A stretch of DNA of 64,000 nucleotides from Eledone cirrhosa (GCA_964016885.1 OZ024742.1:265298001-265362000), one strand, 5' to 3'. Positions 1-12,271 are shown, counted from the first letter of the stretch. Translations and numbers: made by a program. The notes: generated by a model from the letters alone, not told the origin.

Positions 1-195
1 AAGTAGCAGAAGCTGCAAGTAACTGGCGAGTAACATGTAGAAATATCTGATGAAGGTAATTACTACATAGAGGTCCGACGAGCTCTTGATTCCAGAGTCA
101 GGATTGATCGATACAGAACAAACCTTGAGCTGATCAATAGCGAAACGTGCGTCAGCAACCAATAAATGTAATGAAGGCTTAACAAATCATCCTTG

Positions 196-245
<50 letters not shown>

Positions 246-469
246 AGTTAGGAACTCAAAATAGTTTCTTACGACAAAATAGCCATAAGAAAGAGATATT
301 TCTGAGCCGTATATTATAATAGAATATAAAAAAAAACGAACACAGATATATAGATATATTTGTTCAAATCGTAAGGGACCTGATTCGCTAAGGTGAAAAG
401 AATACTAACTATAGACAATTGGGTTCGCTTGTCTTAATTTAAGAAAAAATTAAGAAAATAAATACAAAC

Positions 470-1975
470 CGGAATTGTGGTAACTACCAATCACCCAGAG
501 AACTTGTTGTTGTTTCGCAAAGTTAATTGTGAATAGGAATACTAATCCAAGCTCATTTATATTCTATTATAATATACGGCTCAGAAATATCTCTGATTAC
601 GAATGTAAAGTGGTAACTAGTATCAATACCTATACCTACATTGGTTCTACTTCTAGCTCCTTTAAAGCAATATTTTATAATCATTCTTCTACATTTAAAA
701 GGACCAGCACCGCACTCACAGAACTTATTTGGTCCTTAAAAGACAAAAACATAAATTAAGAAATTTCTTGGCGTAAAATCTACAACGCATCTCCATACTC
801 CAATGCTTCCGTATCTAGTGTTTGTAATTTATGTCTAGTTGTAGAATTTACCATTATCTCGAATTTCAACACAATAACAAATCGAGGAACCGATTTATTT
901 GGACTTTGTAATCATAAATCCTACAGGACCTTTCACAAAGTATATAGCTGATTTCCTATAACATATTCCATCTTTACACATCTTTACACATCTTTCATTA
1001 TATTCTACGATGTATTAATTTTGTTTTCTCATCATATATTAAGCCTTTAATCTTTTTTTCTATAGCCCTAGATTTTTGCTCAAACCTTCGTAGATTTTGT
1101 AAACAAATTATGACGTCATATGTTTTTCTACGTTTATAAATCATTCTAGCAATTTCCTTTATTTACTTGTTGACATAAAATAAAAATTAAATAGTATACC
1201 CCCACATATATAGATTTTTACTAGAAATTATTAATTTTGACATAGATATATTATTTTTATTTTATTTTATAAAAATCTTTTTTTTTTATATTTATTTTAT
1301 TTTATTTTATTTTATTAATACATTTTTACACTTCTTAATACAATTTTTAGTATTTAAACCCAATATAAAATAATATACCCAGTTTCTATATTTAGACCTA
1401 TAATATTTGAATACCGTCTATAATATTCGCACATAAACCTCATCAATTTACTTTTCAACCGTTATTTACAGCTGTTTTCATTTTGACAGCCTTCCTGATC
1501 ATAAGTCTCTCTCTCTCTCTCTTTCTCTCTCTTCCTTTTTTTTCTTCTTTTTTTCCTTTCTTCTCTTTCCTTTTCCTTTTTCTCCTCTTCTTTCTTTTTC
1601 TTCTATTTTCCTATCTATTTCTTACTAAAGTATTAACACTTATATTTCTGTCATATCTAGACTTAGCACTTTCCTGTAAACAAGTGCTATTATGCCTCAT
1701 ATCACGTTACCTTATTTTATCTGATGAGAACACAATTTTTGTCCCAGGATGATTTTGTATTCGAAATGCGCATAATAAAATATATGTAACTCTTTTAACC
1801 ATCTTTTAATTTCTTCTTTATTATATATACTCCAGTTCTAGTAACTGTTGTAACAATTGCATTAAAAATACGATGTAAATTGAACTTTTAATAATAAATT
1901 CAATGTGGTTAGTAACAGACATTATCATACATATATCACTAGTAATACTTGAAATAAATTGTCAACCACACCACA
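470..1975 (+). mobile_element. Decayed Penelope-like element 3' part: GIY-YIG endonuclease relic plus AT-rich 3' region with hammerhead
   Basis: ORF 529-759 contains YECKV..YTYIGSTSSSFKAIFYNHSSTF..STALTELIWSLKDKNIN, and after a stop continues EISW..PYS..CNLCL. This is the PLE C-terminal GIY-YIG signature. HHR at 1713-1782; ends in a TA/CA microsatellite. Confidence 0.75.
1713..1782 (+). ncRNA. Type I hammerhead ribozyme
   Basis: tattttat-CTGATGA-gaacacaa...ttgtattc-GAAA-tgcgca-TA-ataaaata: 8-bp stem I, stem II, palindromic stem III (ATGCGCAT), AUA cleavage triplet. Confidence 0.85.
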
Positions 1976-2396
1976 TATACATACATATATATACATACAT
2001 ACACATACGTATATATGTGTGTATTTTCTAACAACTAAGATTTAATTTAATTTCTCTATGCTTGATTCCATCGAACGTCTAGTAATATTTTCCAGTATTT
2101 TCGGGGGGTTTTTTATTTTACATTTTGATAGAAAGATTTTCCATAATTTTGTGGCGATTCTTGATAAAGCGTAATTTCCAAATATTCGATAAATAATTTT
2201 GTTCGAGCTCGGGATAATTTGGTTCCCCTCGTAGTTTCGGATATTTTTCGACATAAAATAATTATTTTATTGTAACATTACGGTTACCATCGTGGTTATT
2301 TACAGAACAATAACAACGTTATTTATAGAAAATAATGAATACTTTCTTTCCCTAACTCTCTCTATCTTTCTTTCTTTCCCCCTCTCTCTTTCTTTC

Positions 2397-2493
<97 letters not shown>

Positions 2494-2640
2494 GTAACTG
2501 CGCGTGTTTAAGATGAATTAAATATAGATATAATTGCAGCTTTTTTTATAAATTAGAAGCCTTGTTAAAAAAAAGAAGGAAAATTAAACACGCCTCACAG
2601 TTTAGCATTCCATCTGCCCACAGACAAACAGTAGAGATTT

Positions 2641-2683
2641 TCTTTAAGCGTTTCGGAACTTATTGCCTTTTCATCAGGAGATG
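2641..2683 (-). ncRNA. Degenerate hammerhead ribozyme motif
   Basis: Reverse complement tctc-CTGATGA-aaaggcaataagttcc-GAAA-cgct-TA-aaga; core intact, stems weak. Confidence 0.45.
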
Positions 2684-2944
2684 ATTACCCATATTATTCT
2701 ACTTAGAGCGGGACATTAATAGTACCGCTATTTATGTAAAAAAAGGTACAGAATATTACTGAAATGATCAGTCTAATATGCATGGTGGCCATTGGTTTAG
2801 CAACATAATTGATTAGACAATACATATGTATCTCTAATAGAATACATATTACAATATCTAAAATAAAACATTGTAGATATAACTAGTTTTATTATTAGAA
2901 ACATAGCAGTGAAAACAAGAAAGTATATATATATTTACCACATG

Positions 2945-3852
2945 TTTCTCGTCAGGAACAGGTTGTCAAACAGACGATTCTTTGAGGACCTCAGCGGGAA
3001 ACGCAGCCAAAGGTGATCACAGAAGAATGGCCTACCCCAAGGTAGCGTGCTTGCTCCTCTCCTCTTCAATATTTACACAAATGATCTGTCCACCCATCCA
3101 TCCAAATACTAGGAGCTTTCTCAATACAGATGATCTCTGCATTGCATCCCAAAAGCAATCTTTCGAGGAAGTTGATACTTCAATCACCAGTACTCTGAGC
3201 GCCCTTATCGTATATTATGCAGTCAACCACCTTCGAGCTAAACTTGACAAGACCCGAATGAGTGCCTTCTACAGGGAGACTAACTGCCAGCTCAAGATCA
3301 ACTGGTTTGGAAAACGGTTAGAGTACTCTTCCAAGCCTATCTACCTTGGGGTCACTCTGGATCCGTCCCTTACATACAAGGACATATTGCAAAAACTAAA
3401 GCCAAGGTCGGATCAATGAACAACATCCTCAAGGACCTGGCTAACGCTAAATGTGGTGCCCATGCCGGTACAATCCACACCACAGCCATAGCCTTTGCTA
3501 ATCCACAGCAGAATATACCATACCAATGTGGAGCAGATCATCACATGTAAAGAAAACCGACCCTGCCCTAAAAGCCTTTTGCAGATCAATCACCGGTTGT
3601 CTTAAGCCAACTAAAGTGGATGACTTCTACTTATTTAGTGCTATTGCTCCCCTCACATCAGATGGATAGTCCACTCCTAACTTGAGAAGTTGAGGCAGGA
3701 AACTGACCCTCGTCATCCACTCCATGGCTGTGAACCAATGACAAAGAGGGTCAAGTCAAGACATAACTTTCTACACTCAGTCGAACCACTGAACAACAGA
3801 GGTTCTAGTCAGCACATGTCCCTGTAGTGCAGCCACCTTAACAACTGGAACA

Positions 3853-3935
<83 letters not shown>

Positions 3936-4215
3936 CTGTCCACAATCCCTCCCTGCTGGCTCCAGTGATGCCTGGTCCTTCTGGTCTTGCCTGATTCGCG
4001 TCCAAACTGTTGGTCGCTGTAAAGCCAACATCATAAATGGAGATATACCACTGATGATGGTTCCAACTGCCAATGCAGGCAATTACAAACTATGGACCAC
4101 CTTCTAGTTTGACCCAATCTTGAAGATTCATACACACTTAACGACCTTTAAACATTAACGCCCCAGGCAGGGCTTTGTGCGCAGAATTGGATGGTTGTGG
4201 TGTAGCGAAGAATAC
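2945..4215 (+). mobile_element. 5'-truncated LINE of the I group (Vingi/Ingi-like), frameshifted RT and C-terminus
   Basis: Across frames: LPQGSVL, SFL.TDDLCIASQ, PIYLGVTLD.SLTYK, K.GA..T.....A..AEY...P.WSRSSH, CRSITGCLKPT. Interrupted by a (CT)/(TA) tract at 3856-3932. Confidence 0.7.
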
Positions 4216-4689
4216 CATTATTCTCTCTGTACACAAAAGAAACAAAAAGGATTACCATTAGGTGTTTCAAAGATTAATGTCTTCTCACCAGAATATAACT
4301 ACACCTATGTTCGGAAACCAATAATCTATTATACTATATTATGTATTTTTTTTTCTGTGTACAGAGAGACACATAATTAAATAAAACGTAATTATATCTG
4401 TATTAAATTTACTTTGACATTTTAATATACTTTGTTTTACATAAATATTGTATATACCCAAATATATATATGTGTATATTATCCACTCTACTACCCTAAG
4501 TATTGAGTACTTTGGTACGTTATGATCCATCTGGTTCCTTACCACAATTCCTTCGTTATATGTGTATATATATAAACTATTATATTCCATCCATATACTG
4601 TACCATTTGTGTTGTCATTTCTGACATATATATATATATATATATATATATAGTAATAATAAATGTAAAGACTCGAAGAACCGCTTCCA

Positions 4690-4865
4690 TCACAAATAGA
4701 AAGTTTCCTCCGACTCACAAGTCTAGGCAAGGTTGTTTGTGGAAGACCAGCAGTCGCCCATGCATACCAGCCTCCCTTCTCCACGCCACTGATAATGTCC
4801 GAAGGAAAGGCTATGGCTGATACAGCTTGGTAACTCATTTCTACGTGAAAGAAAGTATCTTGCTG
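4690..4865 (-). mobile_element. SINE fragment (cephalopod-type), inserted within another repeat
   Basis: gaccagcagtcgcccatgcataccagcctccc...gaaaggc..gatacagcttgg; a diverged inverted copy lies at about 29370-29530. The flanks 4575-4680 and 4865-4940 match 56765-56950 in reverse. Confidence 0.55.
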
Positions 4866-5022
4866 AAACTCAGAAGATCCCGTTAAGGGTGAAAGCAGCG
4901 ATTCTTTGCTTAAAATTTAATCTGCTATTTTAATAAATATTTGCTCTTGGGTTCTTTGATATATTTGATATATGTTTATCCCTATCGAGCCCTCTTTACA
5001 TTTTTCTCTTCACATTTATTAT

Positions 5023-5085
<63 letters not shown>

Positions 5086-5224
5086 AATACACATAGAGAC
5101 ACACACACGTATATATATAATTATACACACACATCTCTCTCTATATATATACATATATATATATACATATATACATATATATACCTATATATATACACAC
5201 ATATATATATACGCATATATATAT

Positions 5225-5277
<53 letters not shown>

Positions 5278-5360
5278 CATAAATATATACTGTATATACA
5301 CTCATATGTATACGTATATATATAAAATCCATATATTTTGTATATATATATATACATATA

Positions 5361-5386
5361 TCTATAATATTATAAAGATGAGCGTC

Positions 5387-5423
<37 letters not shown>

Positions 5424-5558
5424 TCTCTCTCTCTCCCTCTTTTACTCTCTCCGTCGCTCTTCCCTCTCTCTCTATAATAGATCATTCCCCTTCTCTATAA
5501 TTTAACTGCTTTACTCTCTCTGTCGCTCTTCACTCTCAAATATTAAAAAAGCTGAGCG

Positions 5559-5636
<78 letters not shown>

Positions 5637-5713
5637 CACCCTCTCTAGGAGGGTGTGAGGTATCTTTACAGTGGAGTGGTGGAGGCAGGTATACCTAGCC
5701 GGTGCCAGCCGGA
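5361..5713 (+). mobile_element. Non-autonomous Helitron-like element (Lep1/HINE style), 3' end missing
   Basis: Starts TCTATAATATTATAAAGATGAGCGTCG followed by a microsatellite. 5645-5713 is the reverse complement homolog of 32155-32215; 5361-5540 matches 32990-33167 in reverse. Confidence 0.55.
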
Positions 5714-5769
5714 GTATATATATAAAATCCGTATATTTTCTATATATACATATATACATATATATATTA

Positions 5770-6632
5770 AGAACAGATATATATGCGTGTGTAAATAATT
5801 ACATGCATACACTTATTTTTTAAAATTAATTGAGTTCTTAACACGTGGAATTGATAATAGTTTTAAATAACTAATTAACCCGCATGTATTAAATATTTTA
5901 CTCTTAATTTGGCCAGAGATTTACATTCCCAATTGCCTTTAAAGCGTAACCTTCCGTATTTGCTGCGGTGATGGAATGCGGTTTCTTATTTTGGTATCAC
6001 TTCTGTTTTTAGCCTAAGAAAATATCTATATGCGTGTGTAATTAATACACGCATACACTTATTTTTTTAATTTCAATTGAGTTCTTAACACGTTGGATTG
6101 ATAAAGTTTTTGAAGAAACTAATTAACCCGAGTGTATATTATTTTTTTCTATTATCGTGTATTGAGGTTGTCTCCCCTTCCCGCTTCGTGACTCTATGAA
6201 ACTTCCTCAGTCAAAAGACTGCTGGAATTTCAAATTTGGCGGTCATTCGATGCGTGAGGGAGCAACTTAGCAGACACGATTTTTAACTGCGGTAAGAATT
6301 TTTTCTTATATCAAAGTTTAATGGGCTTCCACTGAAGATTTATAAGTGCCACACCTAAATATATTCTTACATGAATATATGTTAGGCTTCTACATAAACT
6401 GGAAACATTCTCCCAATTTGTAGAAAACTTATAATGAAACACTTGTTTGGAAAGAGAGATATATTTTAACTTTAATTATATCTCATAAAATAATACAACT
6501 GGCTTTCCACAAAATACACATAGTTAGCACCCCAAACACTTAAATTGGGTTACACTAACATATAACCTAATGTTTGTTGAGTGAGATGGTTACCAGTCTG
6601 AGTTTACCGTTAAGCTATCTCTGTTATTGTAT

Positions 6633-6639
<7 letters not shown>
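5770..6639 (+). mobile_element. Non-coding hammerhead-bearing unit (about 743 nt), retrozyme-like or PLE pLTR-like
   Basis: Junction motif gtattaaatat at 5886 and 6629; internal ~120-bp duplication (5779-5890 vs 6028-6140); HHR at 6327-6452. Homologous, inverted, to 6672-7229 plus 9214-9471. Flanked by (TA)n. Confidence 0.65.
6327..6452 (+). ncRNA. Type I hammerhead ribozyme with long stem II loop
   Basis: ttcca-CTGAAGA-tttataag...cttataat-GAAA-cacttg-TT-tggaa. Confidence 0.75.
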
Positions 6640-6676
<37 letters not shown>

Positions 6677-6851
6677 ACATTAACAGAGAAAGCTTTAAGC
6701 GATACTCTGACCAACTCCATCTCACTCAACAAATATTAGGATATACCTAAGTATAATCCCAATTTAGTGTTTGGGCTAACTATACAGTATTGCGTGGATA
6801 GCTGGTTGTATTATTTTATATGAGACATAATTAAATAAATCTCTATTTCCT

Positions 6852-6974
6852 TCCATACGATCGTTTCGTTATAAGATTTCTATAAGTTGGGATAAATAAT
6901 GTCCAAGTTATGTAGAAACTTGAATATAATCCATAGATATACACACAAGCGGGCCCTTATAACTCATCAGTGGA
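6852..6974 (-). ncRNA. Type I hammerhead ribozyme, canonical core, long stem II loop
   Basis: Reverse complement tcca-CTGATGA-gttataag...(~80 nt)...cttataac-GAAA-cgatcg-TA-tgga: perfect stems, palindromic stem III, GUA site. Confidence 0.9.
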
Positions 6975-7229
6975 TGCCCATGCAATATCGATATGAAAAA
7001 ACTACATCGATATTAATACTTAGTGATGGTCTCCGTCAGTGCTAGAAGGACAGCTAAATTTGAAAAGCCAGTAGTCCTCCAAAAAGAAAATTCACACTGT
7101 CCCCAAAAGGGAAAGGGGATGTCATCGTAAAATATTAAATAATATACACGCTGGTCATTGAAGCCTGTTAGGTATTTTAACCACGTGTTTAAGAACTCAA
7201 TTGGATATTAAAAAAATAAATATATGTAT

Positions 7230-9213
7230 AAGGTAAATTTCTTTAAGTCGTTTGGAAGCCTCGACAATGCAGATGGGTAAATCTCCGGGTAACAAGATCC
7301 GGTGGTGGGGAGAGAGATGTAAGTGGGTGTACGTTGAGATGCGTGGCGTGTATAAGACTGTAACATGTAGAGGAATGAAGGAAAGAACGTAAAGGATAAA
7401 ATTAAAATAACAACACGAGAAAGAGTTACCTTGGGAGAGATTTTAATTGTCCCTATATATTTCGGAGTCTCATTCATCAACTGGGGTTTTTTCCGGGGGG
7501 TGGGGATGGAAAGGTTGTCTGTCGGAAAGGTGCGAAACGTGTCCTCCGCTGTTCGTTGTTTTAAATATCTGAGGTATTCAGCAGAGCGCGCGTGCGCGTG
7601 AAATGGGGTCGGTCAGGCAGAGGTCAGCGGCCGAAGCAGTTCTTTCAATTGTGGGAGTGGGGAGGCGCTAGCTGTCAGTCTATTCTCTGCCTGTTTGGTG
7701 AATGTTACTGTGTGTGCGTGCGTGTGTTGTTGCCTTGTTCCTCTGTATTGGCAGTGTAGTATGTTCGTATGGTGGAATGCTACTGCGTGTGTGTGTGTGT
7801 GCATGTTTTGCTATCTCGCTTGTGTGTGTGTGTGCGTGTGTTGCTGCATCGTTTGTTAACTTAAACCAATCATCGTTTGTTAACTTAAACCAACCACGAC
7901 AACTTCTACCGAAAGGCAGACTGCAGGGACTTGTTCGTCCACTACAAGTCCGCCAGAGTAGGAGACACCAGACACAAGAGACAGAGAGGCACCCAAGGCA
8001 AGTGCTTCCTTAAAATGCCACACCTTGGCGAGAATACCACCAACGCTATCCGCAAAGCTATACGGAGGGAGGGCCTCGACATCCACCTGGCCCACTCGGG
8101 CCCCTCCCTGCGAAGATGCCTCTCCAGGAAACCCGGGAAATCAACTGATGCGTACTCCCTCAGAGAATGACCGATGCGCCATGCGAACTGTTGCCTACGC
8201 ACATACGTCGTGTATAAGATAGAATGTAACAAGTGCAGCCAATACTATATAGGTAGCACAATCCGGCCGTTGCACATCCGGATCAAGGAACACACTAAAA
8301 CCAGGGCCTCGTCTTTCCGGAAACACATAGCCAAATGCGGAAACAAAGACGGAAGGCCCATTGTCACAATTCTAGCGACAGAAAGAAACGTCGGTACGTT
8401 ACGTATCAAGGAAGCACTTTGGATCAAACGCCTAGGGCCACAATTAAACAACCGATCCGAGAGAAGCGAAATGAGGTGGTTGGTTGAAGTTAACAAACGA
8501 TGCAGCAACACACAAGCGAGACAGCAACACACGCACACACACACACACAGTAGCATTCCACCATACGAACATACTACGCTGCCAATACAGAGGAACAAGG
8601 CAACAACACACGCACACACACACACACTCAAGCGAGACAACGCACGCACACACACACACACTCAAGCGAGACAACGCACGCACACACACACACACAGTAA
8701 CATTCACCAAACAGGCAGAGAATGGACTGACAGCTAGCGCCACCCCACTCCCACAATTGAAAGAACTACTTCGGCCGCTGACCTATGCTTGACCGACCCC
8801 ATTTCACGCGCACGCGCGCTGTGCTGAATACCTCAGATATTCAAAACATCGAACAGCGGAGAACACGTTTCGCACCTTTCCGACAGACAATCTTGCCCCC
8901 CCCGGAAAAAACCCCAGTTGATGGATGTGAATCCAAAATATATAGGGACAATTAAAATCTCTCCCAAGGTAACTCTTTCTCGTGTTGTTATTTTTATTTT
9001 TATTTTTATCCTTCACGCTCTTTCCTTCATTCCTCTACACGCTACAGTCTTATACACGCCACGCATCTCAACGTACACACACTTACATCTCTCTCTCCAC
9101 CACCGGATCTTGTTACCCGGAGATTTACCCATCTGCATTGTCGCGGCTTCCAAACGATTAAAGAAATTTACCTTATTATTCCACAATGCTTCAAGCAAAC
9201 TACAATACTCTCT
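7230..9213 (+). mobile_element. 5'-truncated Penelope-like element with inverted 5' pLTR, 3' tail and 13-bp TSD
   Basis: 7229-7897 is an inverted copy of about 8476-9175; tail 9176-9213; TSD taaatatatgtat at 7217-7229 and 9214-9226; GIY-YIG coding relic inside. Confidence 0.9.
7898..8500 (+). pseudogene. PLE ORF remnant: RT thumb fragment, linker, Zn-knuckle and GIY-YIG endonuclease
   Basis: FYRK..RDLFVHYKSA...FLKMPHLGE...VVYKIECNKCSQYYIGSTIRPLHIRIKEH...EALWIKRLGPQLN; in-frame TGA at 8168-8170. Confidence 0.85.
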
Positions 9214-9464
9214 TAAATATATGTATGTACCATCAATACACACATAGAGATATTAAAAAAAATATAATAAATATATGTACGCACCATCTATACACACATA
9301 TAGGTTTTTTCTCAGGCAACACTATCAGACATGAGATACAGGAAAATGCAATCAATATTTCATATAAAGAATAAATAAAGTCATACCTAAATATCTGGAA
9401 TTTTCATATATGGCCATCCAAGAGTATTATATTTAATACATTAACAGAGAAAGCTTTAAGCGAT

Positions 9465-9528
<64 letters not shown>

Positions 9529-9605
9529 GGTTATATATATAAAAAGATCTCGTAAAAGGGTGAAGGCAGCGATTCTTTACTTAAACTTTAATCTTCACAC
9601 ACACA

Positions 9606-9711
<106 letters not shown>

Positions 9712-9746
9712 CATGTGTGTGTATGTATAGGTATGCTATATATATA

Positions 9747-9849
<103 letters not shown>

Positions 9850-10208
9850 GGAGTGAGGTAGAGAGAGAGTGATAGATAGATACATATACATACCTACATA
9901 GATACATACATAAATATGTGTTGGTAAGTATATGTAGATATAAAATCATACAAGCAGTACAAGTCAGGGTGAAGAGACGAATTGAGTAGATATGTAATCC
10001 AATACTAGGTCACTAAGTACGAAATACTACGAAAATTCATTAGTCAAATAGACAAGCTTAGAAAATGCGTATTTATATGTTCTTAACGTTGGTATGTATG
10101 GAAGAATCTGGATTTGAATCTATATGTACTGTATGTGGTTTTCCACATGAATACATATATGCATATATGCATATACACATGCATACATACGTACTTACAA
10201 ACGTATTA

Positions 10209-10259
<51 letters not shown>

Positions 10260-10269
10260 GAGAGATAGA

Positions 10270-11392
10270 TAACTTTCTTTTTATTTGCCACCAGGGCGTC
10301 AAAGAGTGGGACAAGTACAATGGGGAAGTTTACATAAAAATGCGTCCTCAATAAGGAGGAGGCAATAACAAAATATAAAAATATAAAATATAAAATATAA
10401 CAAAAATAAATTGAATAACAAAATCCTCAATAGGGAGGAGGCGCCTTGGAGGGGGGGGGGGGTCGCACACACCCCCGAGAAAGTGTGCAACTCTTCTCCT
10501 CAGGAACACAGAGAGAGGGTGCTCCCTTGATCTTTCATCTTTCTCACCTACAGTCTGATGTAGAGTGAAGACCCATTCACACGGGCCATTCTCGCCACTT
10601 TCACCCATCTTTCATAGAAACGGCTGGGGTGCAGCACCTCTCTCTCCATCCTGATCCTTCTTCCGAAATGATATCGGAAGAAACGGACCAGTTGTTGGCC
10701 AGAGAGAAAGGTGTCTGACCTCAGTCCTTTCAGACGCGTCCACGATAAAACCTCTTTCACCATGGCTATTACGCACAGAAACACCGCCTCTCCTTCGTTT
10801 TTGAAGAGGGAAGGCGGCTTGATCGTTACAATAGACTCGGTGGTCAACTGGATCGGTCCCACCCGTGACAGCAATCGTTCGACATAGCCCCACGGATCGG
10901 CAATGCCCGAGCAGTGTACCAATGCGTGTGCAACGGTTTCCTTGTAGCACACGCATCTGGGACAGATCTTTTTCGAGGGGTCCCTACCCGGGCGCCCGTG
11001 TCTGTAGAGCTTTTCTGGAACGGGCAGAGCCCCTCGGTAGCACTGCCAGGCCAGGGACCTCTGGAAGTTATCCATAGGTCCCGAGTTGAATGTCCTACCG
11101 AACAGGTTGGCCAGTTCGGTTTCCTCCATGCCCAGGGCTTCTCCGAGGGCGTTGTCGCACCTGCTAACCACCAGCCCTCTATAGAATGATGAGGTGGATT
11201 CTCCACTGACAGCCGGGTCCGCCTGTCAGAGAGCTGTGAGCGCCTGGGCACACACGGTGTGCCAGGCGCCCAGTTTTCTCGGTTCTTGCTTGACCCAGGA
11301 CTGCAGCTCGGTGAGCGAGACGAGTCTGAGAAAGGCTCGCCTCACAAACGGGGCCCACACCGGTTGACCGGTGAGGAATACCTGGAGGTGTA
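10270..11392 (-). mobile_element. Tx1/L1-clade LINE, 3' fragment (zf-RVT region and 3' UTR)
   Basis: ORF 10548-11171 (SLAWQCYRGALPV..CPRC...ETVAHALVHC) is homologous to 37000-37790; AATAAA-type tail at about 10275. Confidence 0.85.
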
Positions 11393-11414
11393 GATAGCTA
11401 GATAGCTAGATACA

Positions 11415-11450
<36 letters not shown>

Positions 11451-11457
<7 letters not shown>

Positions 11458-12122
11458 ATATTTGGGGAGGGTCATATTTGCGTAATATTGCCAGAATTAA
11501 TAACAGAACACACTCACTGTTTGGTTGGTTTTCGCTTCTCGCTGTCTTTTATATATATATATCTGCGATCTAACTTACTCGGTCCTCAATGTTGCCATTG
11601 ACTGACCGGTGGTCAAAAATAAAATAATACAGATACAATATAGACAAACACATATATATATAGTTTACATAAATCTTTCGTTGCACATCTGCAACATCGT
11701 CAGTGGTGTTATATTCATTGTTCCTCCTGTTGTGTTGTATGTCTACGCCATTTTTTTTTTTTTTTAATGGCGTAGACATACAACACAACAGGAGGAACAA
11801 TGAATATAACACCACTGACGATGTTGCAGATGTGCAACGAAAGATTTATGTAAACTATATATATATGTGTTTGTCTATATTGTATCTGTATTATTTTATT
11901 TTTGACCACCGGTCAGTCAATGGCAACATTGAGGACCGAGTAAGTTAGATCGCAGATATATATATATAAAAGACAGCGAGAAGCGAAAACCAACCAAACA
12001 GTGAGTGTGTTCTGTTATTAATTCTGGCAATATTACGCAAATATGACCCTCCCCAAATATAACAATATCTGTTTCGACACACGATTTCATATAAAAAACC
12101 TCGCAAAACTAATTCATCGCCG

Positions 12123-12123
<1 letters not shown>
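11451..12123 (+). mobile_element. Foldback solo PLE pLTR: ~300-bp near-perfect inverted repeat plus 55-bp tail, HHR-like motif on each arm
   Basis: 11451-11752 is the reverse complement of 11766-12067 around a T-run. CTGACGA-t-gttgca-gatg-tgcaac-GAAA at 11815-11842. Same family as the pLTR at 20490-20800. Flanked by (TA)n. Confidence 0.85.
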
Positions 12124-12178
<55 letters not shown>

Positions 12179-12222
12179 ATGCATATACATGTATATACAT
12201 AAATACATGCATATACATATAT

Positions 12223-12271
<49 letters not shown>

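Larger units (their letters stand above)
6672..9471 (-). mobile_element. Non-coding hammerhead-bearing unit (about 764 nt) with 37-bp terminal direct repeat, split by a PLE insertion
   Basis: aatacattaacagagaaagctttaagcgatactctga is identical at 6674-6710 and 9435-9471; (TA)n on both sides; HHR at 6852-6974; PLE inserted at 7230-9213. Confidence 0.7.

Noticed and set aside
41-160. CTGATGA at 47 and GAAACGTGCGTC at 142 as a hammerhead
   Set aside because: No complementary stem I. The gagctgatc.ata.cgaaac segment resembles the relic at 52020-52048, so the true 5' half may lie before the window, but it cannot be completed here.
7448-7497. HHR-like motif in the PLE pLTR (TTGATGA...GAAA-tata-TA-ggg; mirror at about 8912-8948)
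   Set aside because: Stem I is out of register and the second copy has lost GAAA; probable relic, not called.
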